A DNA stretch of 64,000 nucleotides from Spirochaetia bacterium (GCA_965140585.1 OZ223269.1:864001-928000), one strand, 5' to 3'; shown: positions 40,512 through 51,974, counted from the first letter of the stretch. Numbers and translations are program-made. Notes: generated by a model not told the origin, from the letters alone.

Positions 40512-41395
40512 TTATTGTTCTCCTTGATTATATTTGTTATTTTTTTATGAATATCACAAATTATATTGTGTATTGATTCATCTGAAGTTTCCGCCACAGT
40601 TTTTCCTTCAAGCATCATTTCGGTAAAAACCCTGCTGTACGGTAATTCAGCAAGCAGGGGAAGGGCTCTTTGCTGAGCGAATGCTCTGATTTCAGCAGTA
40701 TTGGAATTGTTTAGGTCAGCCTTGTTTATAATAAGACATGAATTAATATCGAATTTCTGTGAAAGTTCAAAAACCCGTTTTAGATCGTGCAGACCGGACT
40801 TTGTCGGCTCGGTAACGAATACAATCAAATCTGCTCCGCTGATGGATGAAATTACAGGACAGCCGATACCGGGGGAGCCGTCAACAATAATAATTTCTTT
40901 ACTGTCTCTATCTGCTATTTCACGGGCTGTTTTTTTAACGTGAGCAACCAGTTTCCCTGAGTTGTCTGAGCCGGGTTTAAGCCTGGCATGTACCATTGTT
41001 GTTCCGGTCCGAATAGTAGACTGATAGCTTTCACCCGAATGTTTAGGTGAAAGCGTAACTGCTTCTGCCGGACATATTTCATAGCAGTATCCGCAGCCTT
41101 CACATGAAATCGAATTAACTGAGAAATTTCCTTTTTTAACGGAAATAGCTCTAAACGCACAGACATCTATACATTTACTGCATAAGATACATTTTGAAGA
41201 ATCTATATAAGCTTCATTTCCGCTGTAAAAATCTTTCTTTCCTGCATAGTCTGGTTCAAGCAGGATATGCATGTCATCAGCATCTACATCACAGTCACAT
41301 ACTACAGCTTCACTGCCGAACTTTACCGACATTGCTGCTGTTATGGATGTTTTTCCGGTGCCGCCCTTGCCTGATAAAACTACAATTTCTTTCAT
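40508..41395 (-). CDS. MinD/ParA-like P-loop ATPase with inserted 2x[4Fe-4S] ferredoxin
   Basis: SGKGGTGKT, CILCSKC/CEGCGYC..ICP, DGSPGIGCP, VTEPT.SGLHDL. Confidence 0.92.
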   Translation of the reverse strand: MKEIVVLSGKGGTGKTSITAAMSVKFGSEAVVCDCDVDADDMHILLEPDYAGKKDFYSGNEAYIDSSKCILCSKCIDVCAFRAISVKKGNFSVNSISCEGCGYCYEICPAEAVTLSPKHSGESYQSTIRTGTTMVHARLKPGSDNSGKLVAHVKKTAREIADRDSKEIIIVDGSPGIGCPVISSISGADLIVFVTEPTKSGLHDLKRVFELSQKFDINSCLIINKADLNNSNTAEIRAFAQQRALPLLAELPYSRVFTEMMLEGKTVAETSDESIHNIICDIHKKITNIIKENNK

Positions 41396-42258
41396 CTCTT
41401 ACGCCTGCCTAAATATATTGAAAGTTTCTCAAGCTCCATCCTGAACTCAATAATTTCTTCAAAGAGCAGTTTTCCTTCTGAATACAGCTCTGCTGCTTTT
41501 CTGCTGTCGGGGAATTTTGCAGCAATATCTATGTTATTTTCTTCACAGTATTTCTCAACTTCATTATCACCTGTGCCGTAACGGTTGATCACAACTGCAA
41601 AATCTTTTCCTATAATCTGCATTGTTTCAATTGCCAGTTTCAGATCATGAAAACCGAATGGTGTAGGCTCTGTGACAAGTATAACAAAGTCTGAATTATG
41701 CACAGATTCAATCATGGGACATGAAGTACCTGGCGGACAGTCGAGAAGAATGTGTTCACTTCTAAAGTATTTTTCATCAATAAGATCCAAAGTCTGTTTG
41801 ATTAGCGGAACAGCCTGTTCCTGTCCAATATCAAGTCGGCTTTCGATGAAAACCATGTCGTTACCGCTGCTTATGGATGTAATTCCTATATGCAGATTGG
41901 TAAAGGGAAGGGCATTCTCGGGACATAATTCTGTACACATACGGCATGAATGGCAGACTTCAGGCAGGACGACGATGCTTTTTCCCATTTTAATAATGGA
42001 ATTAAAACGGCAGTAGTCATCGCACTTTCCGCAGAGAGTACAGTTACTTTTATCCCATGAAGGTACCTGCCTGTATTGTTCAATTTTTTCTGTATAATCT
42101 CCCTTGATAAATAGTCCAGAATTCGGCTCCTCTACATCAAGATCTGCAAGTACAACCTGCTTGCCTGTTTTCAACGTAGATGAAAGATAAGAAGCAAGAT
42201 TAACAGATAATGTTGTTTTTCCGGTACCGCCTTTGCCGCTGGCTATTGCTGTAATCAT
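41392..42258 (-). CDS. MinD/ParA-like P-loop ATPase with inserted 2x[4Fe-4S] ferredoxin (paralogue)
   Basis: ASGKGGTGKT, DVEEPN, CTLCGKC/CHSCRMC, DCPPGTSCP, VTEPTPFG.HDL; start at 42258 overlaps upstream stop. Confidence 0.92.
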   Translation of the reverse strand: MITAIASGKGGTGKTTLSVNLASYLSSTLKTGKQVVLADLDVEEPNSGLFIKGDYTEKIEQYRQVPSWDKSNCTLCGKCDDYCRFNSIIKMGKSIVVLPEVCHSCRMCTELCPENALPFTNLHIGITSISSGNDMVFIESRLDIGQEQAVPLIKQTLDLIDEKYFRSEHILLDCPPGTSCPMIESVHNSDFVILVTEPTPFGFHDLKLAIETMQIIGKDFAVVINRYGTGDNEVEKYCEENNIDIAAKFPDSRKAAELYSEGKLLFEEIIEFRMELEKLSIYLGRRKR

Positions 42259-42698
42259 GAATGAAACTCCCTGCAGCATTTACCGTGGCCAAAGCTTTCA
42301 GCAATATCTGTCAATTCAATGCTTCCGCAATCAGGGCATTCCTTTCCCTTTTCATTCATCTCTTTTCGGAAAATATGCTGACAGTTCCTGCATCTGTAGA
42401 TGTTTCCCTTAAAATGGATATTTCCGCCTTCTATACGAAGTTCTGAACCTTGTACAAGATGCCTGGCAGATTTCTCTCTTGCCGAATCAATAAGCCTTGT
42501 GAACGTAGGTCTTGAAATTCCCATTAGTTCTGAAGCACTTTCATGATCATGGTTTAGAAAATCTGCAAGTCTTATTGCTTCATATTCATCAAGCGACATT
42601 ATCACTGTATATATTTTGCTTCTTTGTACACCTGTAGGTTTAAATGAACTGAATACTGGCGGTACAGATACTATCCTCTCTTTTTGAGGTCTTGGCAT
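42255..42698 (-). CDS. DUF134 HTH DNA-binding protein with C-terminal zinc ribbon
   Basis: MPRP.K.R, EYEAIRL.D, MGISRPTF.R, CRNC...CPDC. Confidence 0.9.
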   Translation of the reverse strand: MPRPQKERIVSVPPVFSSFKPTGVQRSKIYTVIMSLDEYEAIRLADFLNHDHESASELMGISRPTFTRLIDSAREKSARHLVQGSELRIEGGNIHFKGNIYRCRNCQHIFRKEMNEKGKECPDCGSIELTDIAESFGHGKCCREFHS

Positions 42699-42728
42699 AT
42701 TATCTCCATAAAAAATGTTTATTGAGAT

Positions 42729-42757
42729 ATTATATTGAACATATGCTCATAATGCAA
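42729..42757 (-). promoter_or_regulatory. Sigma70 promoter with a palindromic operator in its spacer
   Basis: Minus strand TTGCAT-N17-TATAAT; the spacer holds near-palindrome TGAGCATATGTTCA (42736-42749). Confidence 0.7.
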
Positions 42758-42802
42758 GAGCAATAAAACATTGCAGAGTGTTTTTATTAATATGTATCAG
42801 GC

Positions 42803-43990
42803 TTAAAGGCGTTCTTTAAGAACTTCAAAAATTTCCTGTGAATCAAGTTTTACAGGGTTTTTCTTGTTATCAGAAGCTTCAGCAATCTTTTTAAGATCTT
42901 CTGTTTTCAGCCCGTAATCGGAAAATCTGGGAATATTTAGACTTTCAGTCAGACCTTCAAGGATTCTGATTAATCTGGTACGTGATTCGGAAGGAAGCAT
43001 ATCATCACTGCCTGAAGCAATATTTCCAAGCGCCGAGAATTTAAGAAGATACGGTGATTCCGGCTCCACTCGTGCCAGCTTGTTAATAGTATGTTTCATT
43101 GAAGGAGCAAGCAGAGTACCGCATATGACCCCGTGTGGAATATCATAGAATCCGCCGGCAGGTCCGGCTATGCCGTGTACAAGAGCAAGTCCTGCATTCA
43201 GAAGCGCAAAACCGCTTATGAATGCAGCATATGCAATTTTCTCCCATGCTTTAGCAGCTTTTTCTTCAGATTCATTATTCCCGGTGATAACAGGAAGGGC
43301 TTCGAGGGCTAATTTAATAGCACCCGAAACATGCATATCGGTATAAAAATTTGAACTTGTTGATATGTAGGATTCAATAAGCTGTGATAAGGCATCCATA
43401 CCGCTGGAAGCTGCAACAGCTGAGGGACAGCTCATATAAAGTTCAGGATCAATTATTGCAATATCAGGTATATAGTTAAAATGTCTTAGAGATTTTTTGT
43501 AGCCTTTTGATCCTAAATTTGTAATTACTGCGTTGCAGCTGGCTTCACTTCCTGTCCCGGCAGTTGTTGGTACAGCAATAACAGGTACTTTTTGTCCGGT
43601 CGGTTTTTCAGTACCAACACCCTCGAGATAGTCGCTTATTTTTCCAGGCTGACTGAGCATTGCGCTGACTGCTTTTGCAGAATCAATAACGCTGCCGCCT
43701 CCGACAGCGCAGATAACATCAGGCTTGTTTTTCCTGTATTCTCCGGTAATTTCATCAATAACATCAGGAGATGGTTCACCAATTATCACTTCAGACGAAA
43801 CCTTTGCTCCTGTTCCCCGATATCCGGATATAATTTCGTCCAGCTTACCGCTGTCTTTCAGTGATTTACCGCCGGTAAGAAGCAGGACCTTTTCTCCAAA
43901 GAATGCGGCTTCTTCAGGTAATTTAATAATTGAACCCTTACTGAAGATTACTTTTTTATTGTTTACACAGTTAAAAGCAGAAACATTCAT
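42803..43990 (-). CDS. Iron-containing alcohol dehydrogenase
   Basis: GGGSVIDSAK, VPTTAGTGSE, GMDAL.Q..E, HG.....IPHG motifs. Confidence 0.93.
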   Translation of the reverse strand: MNVSAFNCVNNKKVIFSKGSIIKLPEEAAFFGEKVLLLTGGKSLKDSGKLDEIISGYRGTGAKVSSEVIIGEPSPDVIDEITGEYRKNKPDVICAVGGGSVIDSAKAVSAMLSQPGKISDYLEGVGTEKPTGQKVPVIAVPTTAGTGSEASCNAVITNLGSKGYKKSLRHFNYIPDIAIIDPELYMSCPSAVAASSGMDALSQLIESYISTSSNFYTDMHVSGAIKLALEALPVITGNNESEEKAAKAWEKIAYAAFISGFALLNAGLALVHGIAGPAGGFYDIPHGVICGTLLAPSMKHTINKLARVEPESPYLLKFSALGNIASGSDDMLPSESRTRLIRILEGLTESLNIPRFSDYGLKTEDLKKIAEASDNKKNPVKLDSQEIFEVLKERL

Positions 43991-44074
43991 TTGGAAACTC
44001 CCTCTTCAAATTATCTCCAGTTATTTTAATTTATAAAGAAAAAAAAATATACTGAAAACCTGAAGAAAAAAGAC

Positions 44075-44103
44075 TTGAACTCTGATGTATTTCCATTTAC
44101 TGT
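44075..44103 (+). promoter_or_regulatory. Putative sigma70 promoter of the ATPase operon
   Basis: TTGAAC-N17-TACTGT, 5 nt before ATG 44109. Confidence 0.5.
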
Positions 44104-44108
44104 AACTT

Positions 44109-44411
44109 ATGCGTGAAGTCATTGAATCCATAATTGATGCAGAGAAAGAGGCTGAGAAAATGATTAGTGAAGCCAAAAACACTGCCATGGGTTTGATAAG
44201 TCAGGCTGAATCGGATGTTTCTATCGAAACAAGAAAACATCGTGAAACTGAAATTAAAAGGTTTAATCAGGAAGTACAAGTATTTGAAGAGTCGCGCAGT
44301 AAATTAATTCAGAAAGAACAGCATTGTGAAGTCAACATCCCTGATACTTCAAATATTACTGAAAAAATAATTAATAGGATTAAACAGACAGTTTTCGATC
44401 AGCAGCGTTAA
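44109..44411 (+). CDS. A/V-type ATPase peripheral stalk subunit G/H
   Basis: I..AEKEAEKMI.EAK coiled coil; first gene of the operon. Confidence 0.75.
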   Translation: MREVIESIIDAEKEAEKMISEAKNTAMGLISQAESDVSIETRKHRETEIKRFNQEVQVFEESRSKLIQKEQHCEVNIPDTSNITEKIINRIKQTVFDQQR

Positions 44412-44430
44412 AAGGGGATGAATCAGTAAA

Positions 44431-45501
44431 ATGAGTAAAACTGCTGTCGGCCGATATGCTTATATCAATGCGAAACTTCGTACTAGGCTCAGCAGTATTC
44501 TGTCTGATAATTTTACCGATGCTCTTATACATTCCGCAGATATTTCAGAAGCTGTAAAGATAGTCGCAGACAGCGGTTATCAGGGTGTTGCCGAAGTATG
44601 GCAGAATACCGCCGATATTCAGCTTGTTGAGTTTGAACTTTTTAAAAAACTGATTCATGAATATATTTTAATTCTTAAAAATACTGAAGAAGAAGTCAGT
44701 GATTTCTGCTCTGTACTTCTATATAAACCTGAAATTGAAAACCTTAAGAATACTGTGAGACTCTGGTATGGAAGCCATATTAAAGGTCGTCCAATAGAGT
44801 ACCGGTCAGGATATATCTATAAGAAAAAAATACATGAAGATATCAATTGGCTTTCTATTATTAATGCGGAATCCTTCGGAGATATAAAAGATATTCTCTC
44901 TAAAACCGCATATGGCAGTATTTTCTCTTCTAAAAACGATGATATAAACAGAAAATCCGGCCTTTTTGAATTTGAAACCGCACTTGACAGATTTTATTAT
45001 AAATCACTTATTGAAGCTTCTAAACAACTTCCCAGTAGAGATTCTGAAATTGTCAGAGATATAACAAGAACCGAGATAGATCTTCTGAACATAAGCTGGC
45101 TTGTAAGATACACTCATTTTTATAAACTCCAGACTGAAGATCTGAGAAATATTCTGCTTCCCGGCGGGCATGATCTTAATGCTGATCTGATAAATAATTT
45201 CATAAAGGGAGATACGGATAAACTGAATCCTGCTGAACTTTTAAGCCGCAGCTATCCGGAACTTTCCAGAATAAACATTTCCGAGAATCGAAACTTTTCA
45301 TCCCAGGCGATGCTATTTGAAAAACTGCTTTCAGAAACAAGGAAAAGATATTTTACTTCCATTCTTGCAGGATATCCATTTACAATAGGTACAGTACTTG
45401 TTTTTCTTTCTATGGTTGAACGGGAAGTGAAATTCATTTCATCTGTCTTAAGCGGTAAATATTATAAGTTAAATGATGATAAATTCAGGGAGTTTCTTTA
45501 A
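44431..45501 (+). CDS. atpC: A/V-type ATPase subunit C
   Basis: YAYINAKLR, E..LD..YY, EIDL.NI.W..R motifs. Confidence 0.88.
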   Translation: MSKTAVGRYAYINAKLRTRLSSILSDNFTDALIHSADISEAVKIVADSGYQGVAEVWQNTADIQLVEFELFKKLIHEYILILKNTEEEVSDFCSVLLYKPEIENLKNTVRLWYGSHIKGRPIEYRSGYIYKKKIHEDINWLSIINAESFGDIKDILSKTAYGSIFSSKNDDINRKSGLFEFETALDRFYYKSLIEASKQLPSRDSEIVRDITRTEIDLLNISWLVRYTHFYKLQTEDLRNILLPGGHDLNADLINNFIKGDTDKLNPAELLSRSYPELSRINISENRNFSSQAMLFEKLLSETRKRYFTSILAGYPFTIGTVLVFLSMVEREVKFISSVLSGKYYKLNDDKFREFL

Positions 45502-47504
45502 TGAGTTTATTTACATCAAAGATGAGCCTTCTTACTGCTGTGGTAAGTGAAGAAAAGTCTGAAAAAGTAACAGCTCAGCTTTTAAAACTGGGTGTCATTG
45601 ATTTTATCAAGGTTTCAAGTGTCCCTGAAATTGCTGAAATAGAATTAAAAAACACCGGAGTGAGTTCCGAAAGACTGAAAATAAGTGATTTACGAAAAAA
45701 AATTGAAAGTATCTATTCACAGACTAAACTTCCGTCATTGTATGATATTGAATTGAGTGTTGAACAGATAGAACCGCTGGATCTGGAGTCTTGTGTTCAA
45801 AGTATTGATTTAATCAACAATGAAATTAACAAAAGAAGAGAAGAACTGAAAGCCCTTAATCAGGAACTGATGAAAATTGAGGAAGTTTCAGAATACTTTA
45901 ACTCAAATGATAATGATTCAAAATCAACTGGCGGGAAATTCCTTGCTGTACTGAGAGGCCGCCCATCGAAAACCTCTCTTGAAATTTTTGAAGCAGGTTT
46001 TGAAAGTTATCCTCACATGCTATACCGGATACCTGAATCAGATGATTGTGTGCTGCTTGTTCTTAAACGTGATATAAAACCTGTAAACGGGCTGCTTGAA
46101 AAATACGGATGGATAGAATCCGAGACTCAGCCTGTGGGCAGAAAAGAAAACGATGCTGTTTCCGAAAAGATCAGTAATCAGGAACTTGATATCAAGGAAA
46201 AAATGGAATCTGTTAAAAAATCTATCACTACCTTCATCAGTGATAAGAGTCCTGAACTTACATCTCAATGGACAAATCTAAGACTTCATGAGCTTTACGG
46301 AATTATCAGAGAGAATTATTCACATACAAAAAAAACAAGCCTCTTTTCAGGCTGGCTTCCTGCTGATAAGGCTGATGACATTGAAACTGTAATAAGAAAA
46401 ACATCTGATGACCAATGTTATATTGAGTGGTCAGAAACCTCTGATTTTGATAAAAGCCGTATCCCTGTTGAAATAAATCATTCTAAAGTTTTACAGCCGT
46501 TCAGAATGCTGGTAACAAATTATGCCACTCCTGAATACGGTGCGGTTGATCCGACAATATTTGTTGCTGTAGCCTATACCATTATGTTCGGGCTTATGTT
46601 CGGCGATGCCGGGCAGGGCCTGGTTATTATGCTGATAGGGCTGCTTGGTAAAAGACTTTTTAAAAACGTGACAGAAGGAATTAAAAATCTCATGCAGCTT
46701 TTTATTTACTGTGGGAGTGCTTCAATAGTTACCGGAATTCTTTTCGGCAGCTATTTCGGAAATGCCCTGTTTCCTCCGCTGTGGTTTGATTATCACGGAA
46801 TAGTTTCAGGGCATCACGCTGAAGCAGGCAGCAGTATTCAGAATGTTTATGATATTTTGAAGATAACCATCTATTTCGGTATAAGCGTTATCTTTCTTGG
46901 GCTTATCCTAAACTGGATAAACCTGATAAAAAAGAAATATTTCTTTACTCTGCTTCTTGATAAGTCAGGAATACTTGGCGGATGGTTTTATGGTTTTGGA
47001 GTCTATACGTCATTTTACTTTGTCGGAACGGGTTATAAATCTCTGCCGGAAGGTAATTTTATTCCGCTTGTATTCGGCATACCAGTACTGCTGCTGTTTA
47101 TCAAAGCACCTCTGAATTTCTATCTATATGAAAAAGGGCATAAGCAATTCACTCCGTTTACTATAATTGATTTTGTAATGGAGTGGATTGTCGAGCTACT
47201 GGAAATTTTTTCGGGCTATCTGGCAAACACGCTATCATTTATGAGGGTTGCAGGTTTGGGTATTGCACATGTAAGTCTGATGACAGCATTCTCTGCTATT
47301 GCAGCGATGACCGGCGGAGGACTAGGAGCTATAATAATTCTTATACTGGGAAACATCCTGGTAATTGCCCTTGAGGGGCTTTCTGCAGGTATTCAGGCCT
47401 TAAGGCTTAATTATTATGAATTTTTTTCAAGGTATTTTACCGGAAAGGGCGTAGCCTATAATCCGGTTTCTCTGAAGAATAGAAACTCTGGAGGGAGTAA
47501 ATGA
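45501..47504 (+). CDS. atpI: A/V-type ATPase subunit I (a)
   Basis: DPT...FGLMFGD.GQG, NTLSFMRV (essential Arg), LRL.YYEFFS. Confidence 0.93.
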   Translation: MSLFTSKMSLLTAVVSEEKSEKVTAQLLKLGVIDFIKVSSVPEIAEIELKNTGVSSERLKISDLRKKIESIYSQTKLPSLYDIELSVEQIEPLDLESCVQSIDLINNEINKRREELKALNQELMKIEEVSEYFNSNDNDSKSTGGKFLAVLRGRPSKTSLEIFEAGFESYPHMLYRIPESDDCVLLVLKRDIKPVNGLLEKYGWIESETQPVGRKENDAVSEKISNQELDIKEKMESVKKSITTFISDKSPELTSQWTNLRLHELYGIIRENYSHTKKTSLFSGWLPADKADDIETVIRKTSDDQCYIEWSETSDFDKSRIPVEINHSKVLQPFRMLVTNYATPEYGAVDPTIFVAVAYTIMFGLMFGDAGQGLVIMLIGLLGKRLFKNVTEGIKNLMQLFIYCGSASIVTGILFGSYFGNALFPPLWFDYHGIVSGHHAEAGSSIQNVYDILKITIYFGISVIFLGLILNWINLIKKKYFFTLLLDKSGILGGWFYGFGVYTSFYFVGTGYKSLPEGNFIPLVFGIPVLLLFIKAPLNFYLYEKGHKQFTPFTIIDFVMEWIVELLEIFSGYLANTLSFMRVAGLGIAHVSLMTAFSAIAAMTGGGLGAIIILILGNILVIALEGLSAGIQALRLNYYEFFSRYFTGKGVAYNPVSLKNRNSGGSK

Positions 47505-47848
47505 GCGAAAAACAAAATTTTAAAAGAAAGGTAACATTCAGTGTTGTATTCTTAACGGTCTTCCTAATTATTTTTTTCTTTGCCGGTCCGGTAAGTGTAT
47601 TTGCTGAAGATACAAATGATGCTTCAAGCTCCTCATCTCTGCAATGGGCTCTTATAGCGGCTGCTGTGGCTTTCGGGTTCGGAGCTATCGGAGCAGGAAT
47701 TGCGATTGCAAATGTAGGAGCGGCGGCCATGGGCGCTATAGGTGAAAAGCCGGAACTGGCCTCTCAGGCTCTTATCTTTATAGCTCTTGCAGAGGGCCTT
47801 GTCGTATTCGGTTTTATTACAGCACTTATGATACTCGGAAAGGTTTGA
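47501..47848 (+). CDS. atpK: A/V-type ATPase proteolipid subunit K (c)
   Basis: Gly/Ala-rich hairpin, EKPE loop, ALAEGL conserved Glu; extra N-terminal hydrophobic segment. Confidence 0.92.
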   Translation: MSEKQNFKRKVTFSVVFLTVFLIIFFFAGPVSVFAEDTNDASSSSSLQWALIAAAVAFGFGAIGAGIAIANVGAAAMGAIGEKPELASQALIFIALAEGLVVFGFITALMILGKV

Positions 47849-47863
47849 CGGTAACAAACCCGG

Positions 47864-48169
47864 ATGAATTATTTTATCATCGGTGATGAGGATACCGTTC
47901 TTGGATTTGAACTTGCAGGAGTAAGCGGAAAGGCGGTAAGAAACCAATCCGAAGCACTTGAGGTTTTTAACGAAGCCCTTCAGAACAAGGAATACGGAAT
48001 TATCATTATCACTGAAAATACAGCTGATATGATTCGTGAAGTTGTAGACAGGTATCTGTTTTCAGCAAAATTCCCTCTGATAGTAGAGATTCCCGGTAGC
48101 CGCGGCCGAAAGGAAGGCCGGAGGGATCTTCGTACGCTGGTTAATGAAGCCATCGGAATAAAATTGTAA
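47864..48169 (+). CDS. atpF: A/V-type ATPase subunit F
   Basis: IGDEDTVLGF.LAGV, P.IVEIP. Confidence 0.92.
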   Translation: MNYFIIGDEDTVLGFELAGVSGKAVRNQSEALEVFNEALQNKEYGIIIITENTADMIREVVDRYLFSAKFPLIVEIPGSRGRKEGRRDLRTLVNEAIGIKL

Positions 48170-48173
48170 AGAT

Positions 48174-48800
48174 ATGTCTGAAAATAAAATTATACAGAAA
48201 ATTCTTGAAGACGCGGAAAATGAAAAAAGCCGAATAATCAGTGAGGCAAATGAACGAGCTTCAATCATCCGAGGCGGAACAGGAACACAGATCTCCCGAA
48301 TCACTGCAGAGACCGATGAGAAGATATCTAAAAAGATTAAGCTGATAGAGATGCAGACTGAATCTGTAATAGAGGCGGAACGGCGTAAAACCATACTGAA
48401 AAAACGTGAACAGATTTATTTAAAATCTATTGCCGAGGTTAAAGAGCACTTTTTAGAAATTATAAATAAACAAGAGTTTGAAAACATTCTTTGTGCCTGG
48501 ATCGCTGAAGGCTGTATATCTGTTGATTATCCTGAGATGTATATCAGAAGCAGCCGGAACATATTTTTATCAGACGAAATAATTCAAAAGTCCGTTGAGA
48601 AAGTTGAGAAATATACCGGAAAGGATATTCTGCTTAAATCGGATCAAAAAAATTATCTTTTTGAAAACGGTATTAGCGTTCTGTCATCTGATATGAGGGT
48701 TTCGTATACTAATACAGTTGAATCCAGGATAAGACGTTTTAAAGATGATATTAACCGGATAATTTCAAGCGACCTCGAAAAGGAGAGGCTTCAGAAATGA
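48174..48800 (+). CDS. atpE: A/V-type ATPase subunit E
   Basis: N-terminal coiled coil (I..KILEDA..E), C-terminal NT.ESR; operon position. Confidence 0.85.
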   Translation: MSENKIIQKILEDAENEKSRIISEANERASIIRGGTGTQISRITAETDEKISKKIKLIEMQTESVIEAERRKTILKKREQIYLKSIAEVKEHFLEIINKQEFENILCAWIAEGCISVDYPEMYIRSSRNIFLSDEIIQKSVEKVEKYTGKDILLKSDQKNYLFENGISVLSSDMRVSYTNTVESRIRRFKDDINRIISSDLEKERLQK

Positions 48801-50575
48801 TGGACAGAATAATCGGGCAGGTAAAGCGGGTAAACGGACCTGTTATTGAAGCAGATAATATAACAGATGCCATGATGATGGAACTTGTACGAGTAGGAGA
48901 AGGCCGGCTTGTCGGTGAAATTGTAAAACTATACGGAAATACAGCAGTTGTACAGGTTTATGAAGACACGACTGGCATTAAACCCGGAGACAATGTTTTC
49001 GGCAGCGGGATGCCTCTTTCAGTTGAACTTGGACCCGGACTTATCGGAACTATCTACGACGGTATTCAGCGTCCTCTTGAGGCTTTACGCGAGGCCAGTG
49101 GAGAGTTTATTGAACGGGGTATAACCAGACCGGCTCTCAACAAGGAAAAGCAATGGGAGTTTATTCCCGCTTTGGGTTTAAAATCCGGTGACAATATAGT
49201 TGCCGGCTCAGTCCTCGGTACAGTCCAGGAGACAGAGAGAGTTCTTCATAAAATTCTGCTGCCGTCCGGAATGGAAGGTGAACTGGTAAGAGTGTCAGTA
49301 CAGGGACTTTATAATATTGAGGATACCATTGCAGTAGTCAAAAAAAATGATGGAAGCGAGGCTGAGGTTTCTATGCTGCAGCGCTGGCCGATACGAAAAC
49401 CCCGACCTGTAAAATCAAGACAGCCTCTAAATATCCCGCTTGTAACAGGACAGCGGGTAATTGATACTCTCTTTCCGCTTGCAAAAGGCGGGACTGTAGC
49501 AATTCCCGGAGGATTTGGAACCGGAAAGACAATGACTCAGCATGCGATCGCAAAATGGTGTGATGCTGATATTATTGTCTACATTGGCTGCGGTGAACGC
49601 GGCAATGAAATGACTGATGTTCTTATGGAGTTTCCCGAGCTTATTGACCCGCGAACAGGAATGTCACTTATGGAGCGGACAATCCTTATTGCAAATACCA
49701 GCAATATGCCGGTTTCAGCTCGTGAAGCCAGTATATACACAGGGGTTACGCTTGCAGAGTATTACAGAGATCAGGGCTACCATGTAGCCATAATGGCAGA
49801 CTCTACATCAAGATGGGCCGAAGCTCTGCGTGAACTTTCAGGACGAATGGAGGAAATGCCTGCTGAAGAAGGGTTCCCCGCATATCTGCCTACAAGAATT
49901 GCAGAGTTTTATGAAAGAGCCGGATACATGAAAACTCTTAATGATGAAGAAGGTTCGGTTACCATTATCGGTGCCGTATCTCCGCCGGGCGGTGATTTTT
50001 CTGAACCGGTCACACAGCATACCAAACGTTTTGTACGGTGTTTCTGGGGACTGGATCGCCAGCTGGCAAACGCAAGACATTATCCGGCTATAGGTTGGCT
50101 AGATTCTTACAGCGAATATATTGATGATGTTGCTTCGTGGTGGGAGGATAAATCTGAAACATCATGGGTTCACAACAGAAACGAAATAATGGAGCTGCTT
50201 CAGAAGGAGGTAAGGCTACAGCAGGTTGTAAAACTTGTAGGACCTGACGCTCTTCCTGACAGTCAGAGATTTATTATTGAAGTCTGCACTCTATTCAAGA
50301 ACGCCTTTTTGCAGCAGAACGCTTTTGATGATATCGACAGATATTCTACAGTTGAAAAACAAATCAAGATGCTTGAAATAATTCTTGAATACAGCCGCAG
50401 AGGAAGTGACGCAATTAAAAAAGGAATTACAATTCTGAAGCTTAGGCATATGAAAGTTGTTCAGGATATTGCCCGGATGAAATTCAATGTTTCAAATGAA
50501 AATACAAAGGCTCTGGATAAACTTCAGGTAAAACTTGAGAGGGCGATGGATCAGCTGGAGAGTATTTATGAATGA
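48797..50575 (+). CDS. atpA: A/V-type ATPase catalytic subunit A
   Basis: PGGFGTGKT Walker [34 protein letters not shown]. Confidence 0.97.
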   Translation: MMDRIIGQVKRVNGPVIEADNITDAMMMELVRVGEGRLVGEIVKLYGNTAVVQVYEDTTGIKPGDNVFGSGMPLSVELGPGLIGTIYDGIQRPLEALREASGEFIERGITRPALNKEKQWEFIPALGLKSGDNIVAGSVLGTVQETERVLHKILLPSGMEGELVRVSVQGLYNIEDTIAVVKKNDGSEAEVSMLQRWPIRKPRPVKSRQPLNIPLVTGQRVIDTLFPLAKGGTVAIPGGFGTGKTMTQHAIAKWCDADIIVYIGCGERGNEMTDVLMEFPELIDPRTGMSLMERTILIANTSNMPVSAREASIYTGVTLAEYYRDQGYHVAIMADSTSRWAEALRELSGRMEEMPAEEGFPAYLPTRIAEFYERAGYMKTLNDEEGSVTIIGAVSPPGGDFSEPVTQHTKRFVRCFWGLDRQLANARHYPAIGWLDSYSEYIDDVASWWEDKSETSWVHNRNEIMELLQKEVRLQQVVKLVGPDALPDSQRFIIEVCTLFKNAFLQQNAFDDIDRYSTVEKQIKMLEIILEYSRRGSDAIKKGITILKLRHMKVVQDIARMKFNVSNENTKALDKLQVKLERAMDQLESIYE

Positions 50576-51974
50576 TTTAAACAGCATAGAAAAACAACTA
50601 CTTGCAGGAAGAGAATATTCCGGTGTGAATCAGATAGAAGGTCCGCTTGTTTATATAAAAAATACGCATCCGGTAGGATACCAGGAACTTGTAGAATGTG
50701 TTGATAAAGAAGGAAACATCAGAACAGGACTGGTACTGGATACTTCAAATGATGCTGTCGTAGTCCAGATTTTTGAAGGAACTTCGGGACTTACACTGCC
50801 TGACACGAAGATACGCTTCATGGGTGAACCGCTATCGATAGGCGTCTCAGAATCGATGCTCGGCCGTGTTTTTAACGGTCTGGGTAAGCCTATTGACGGC
50901 GGAGGCACCCCCGGTTCTGACGATGTGCTGAATGTAAACGGCAGGCCGATCAACCCGACAGCCCGTGAATATCCACGCGATTTTATTCAAACCGGTATTT
51001 CTATAATAGATGGAATGACCACTCTCATACGTGGACAAAAACTGCCAATTTTCAGCGGTAACGGACTGCCTCATAACGAGCTTGCCGCACAGATTGCCAG
51101 GCAGGCTAAAATTAAAGGCGGAACCTCAAACTTTGCTGTTGTTTTTGCTGCTATGGGAGTTAAGCATGATGTAGCAAGATTCTTTATAAAAAGCTTTGAG
51201 GAAACCGGTGTACTCGCAAATGTAGCACTCTTTCTTTCACTTGCTGATGACCCGTCAATAGAACGTACAATTACACCCCGAACAGCACTTACTCTTGCCG
51301 AACATCTTGCCTTTACAAAAGGAATGCATGTACTTGTTATAATGACGGACATGACAAACTACTGCGAATCTCTTCGGGAAATTTCAACGCTTCGCGGCGA
51401 AATCCCTTCACGTAAAGGATACCCAGGCTACCTGTATTCAGATCTTGCAGAGATATATGAAAGATCCGGAATGCTGAAAGGCTATTCAGGTTCAATCACT
51501 CAGCTTCCTATTCTTACCATGCCGAATGACGATATAAGCCATCCGGTTCCTGATCTTTCAGGGTACATTACAGAAGGTCAGATTGTATTTGAACGGGAGA
51601 TGTACAGCAGAGGAATCTATCCGCCTGTTGCAGGGCTTCCATCGTTATCAAGGCTGATGAAAGACGGTATAGGGGATGGAATGACACGTGAAGATCATCC
51701 GCATCTTTCTAATCAGCTTTTTGCTTCGTACAGTTATGTTAAGGACGTGCGTAACCTTGCATCGGTAATCGGTGAAGAGGAGCTTACCCCGCTTGACCAC
51801 CAATATCTTGAGTTCGGTGAATACTTTGAAAGAAATTTTGTAAATCAGGGATACCATGATGATCGCAGCATTGAAGAAACCCTAGACATAGGATGGCAGG
51901 CTCTTTCCAGGCTTCCGGCGGAAGAACTTCATCGTGTTACCGAAGATGAAATTGATGACTACTACAAAGGATAA
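50568..51974 (+). CDS. atpB: A/V-type ATPase subunit B
   Basis: [40 protein letters not shown]; ATG 50568 after GGAG. Confidence 0.97.
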   Translation: MNDLNSIEKQLLAGREYSGVNQIEGPLVYIKNTHPVGYQELVECVDKEGNIRTGLVLDTSNDAVVVQIFEGTSGLTLPDTKIRFMGEPLSIGVSESMLGRVFNGLGKPIDGGGTPGSDDVLNVNGRPINPTAREYPRDFIQTGISIIDGMTTLIRGQKLPIFSGNGLPHNELAAQIARQAKIKGGTSNFAVVFAAMGVKHDVARFFIKSFEETGVLANVALFLSLADDPSIERTITPRTALTLAEHLAFTKGMHVLVIMTDMTNYCESLREISTLRGEIPSRKGYPGYLYSDLAEIYERSGMLKGYSGSITQLPILTMPNDDISHPVPDLSGYITEGQIVFEREMYSRGIYPPVAGLPSLSRLMKDGIGDGMTREDHPHLSNQLFASYSYVKDVRNLASVIGEEELTPLDHQYLEFGEYFERNFVNQGYHDDRSIEETLDIGWQALSRLPAEELHRVTEDEIDDYYKG

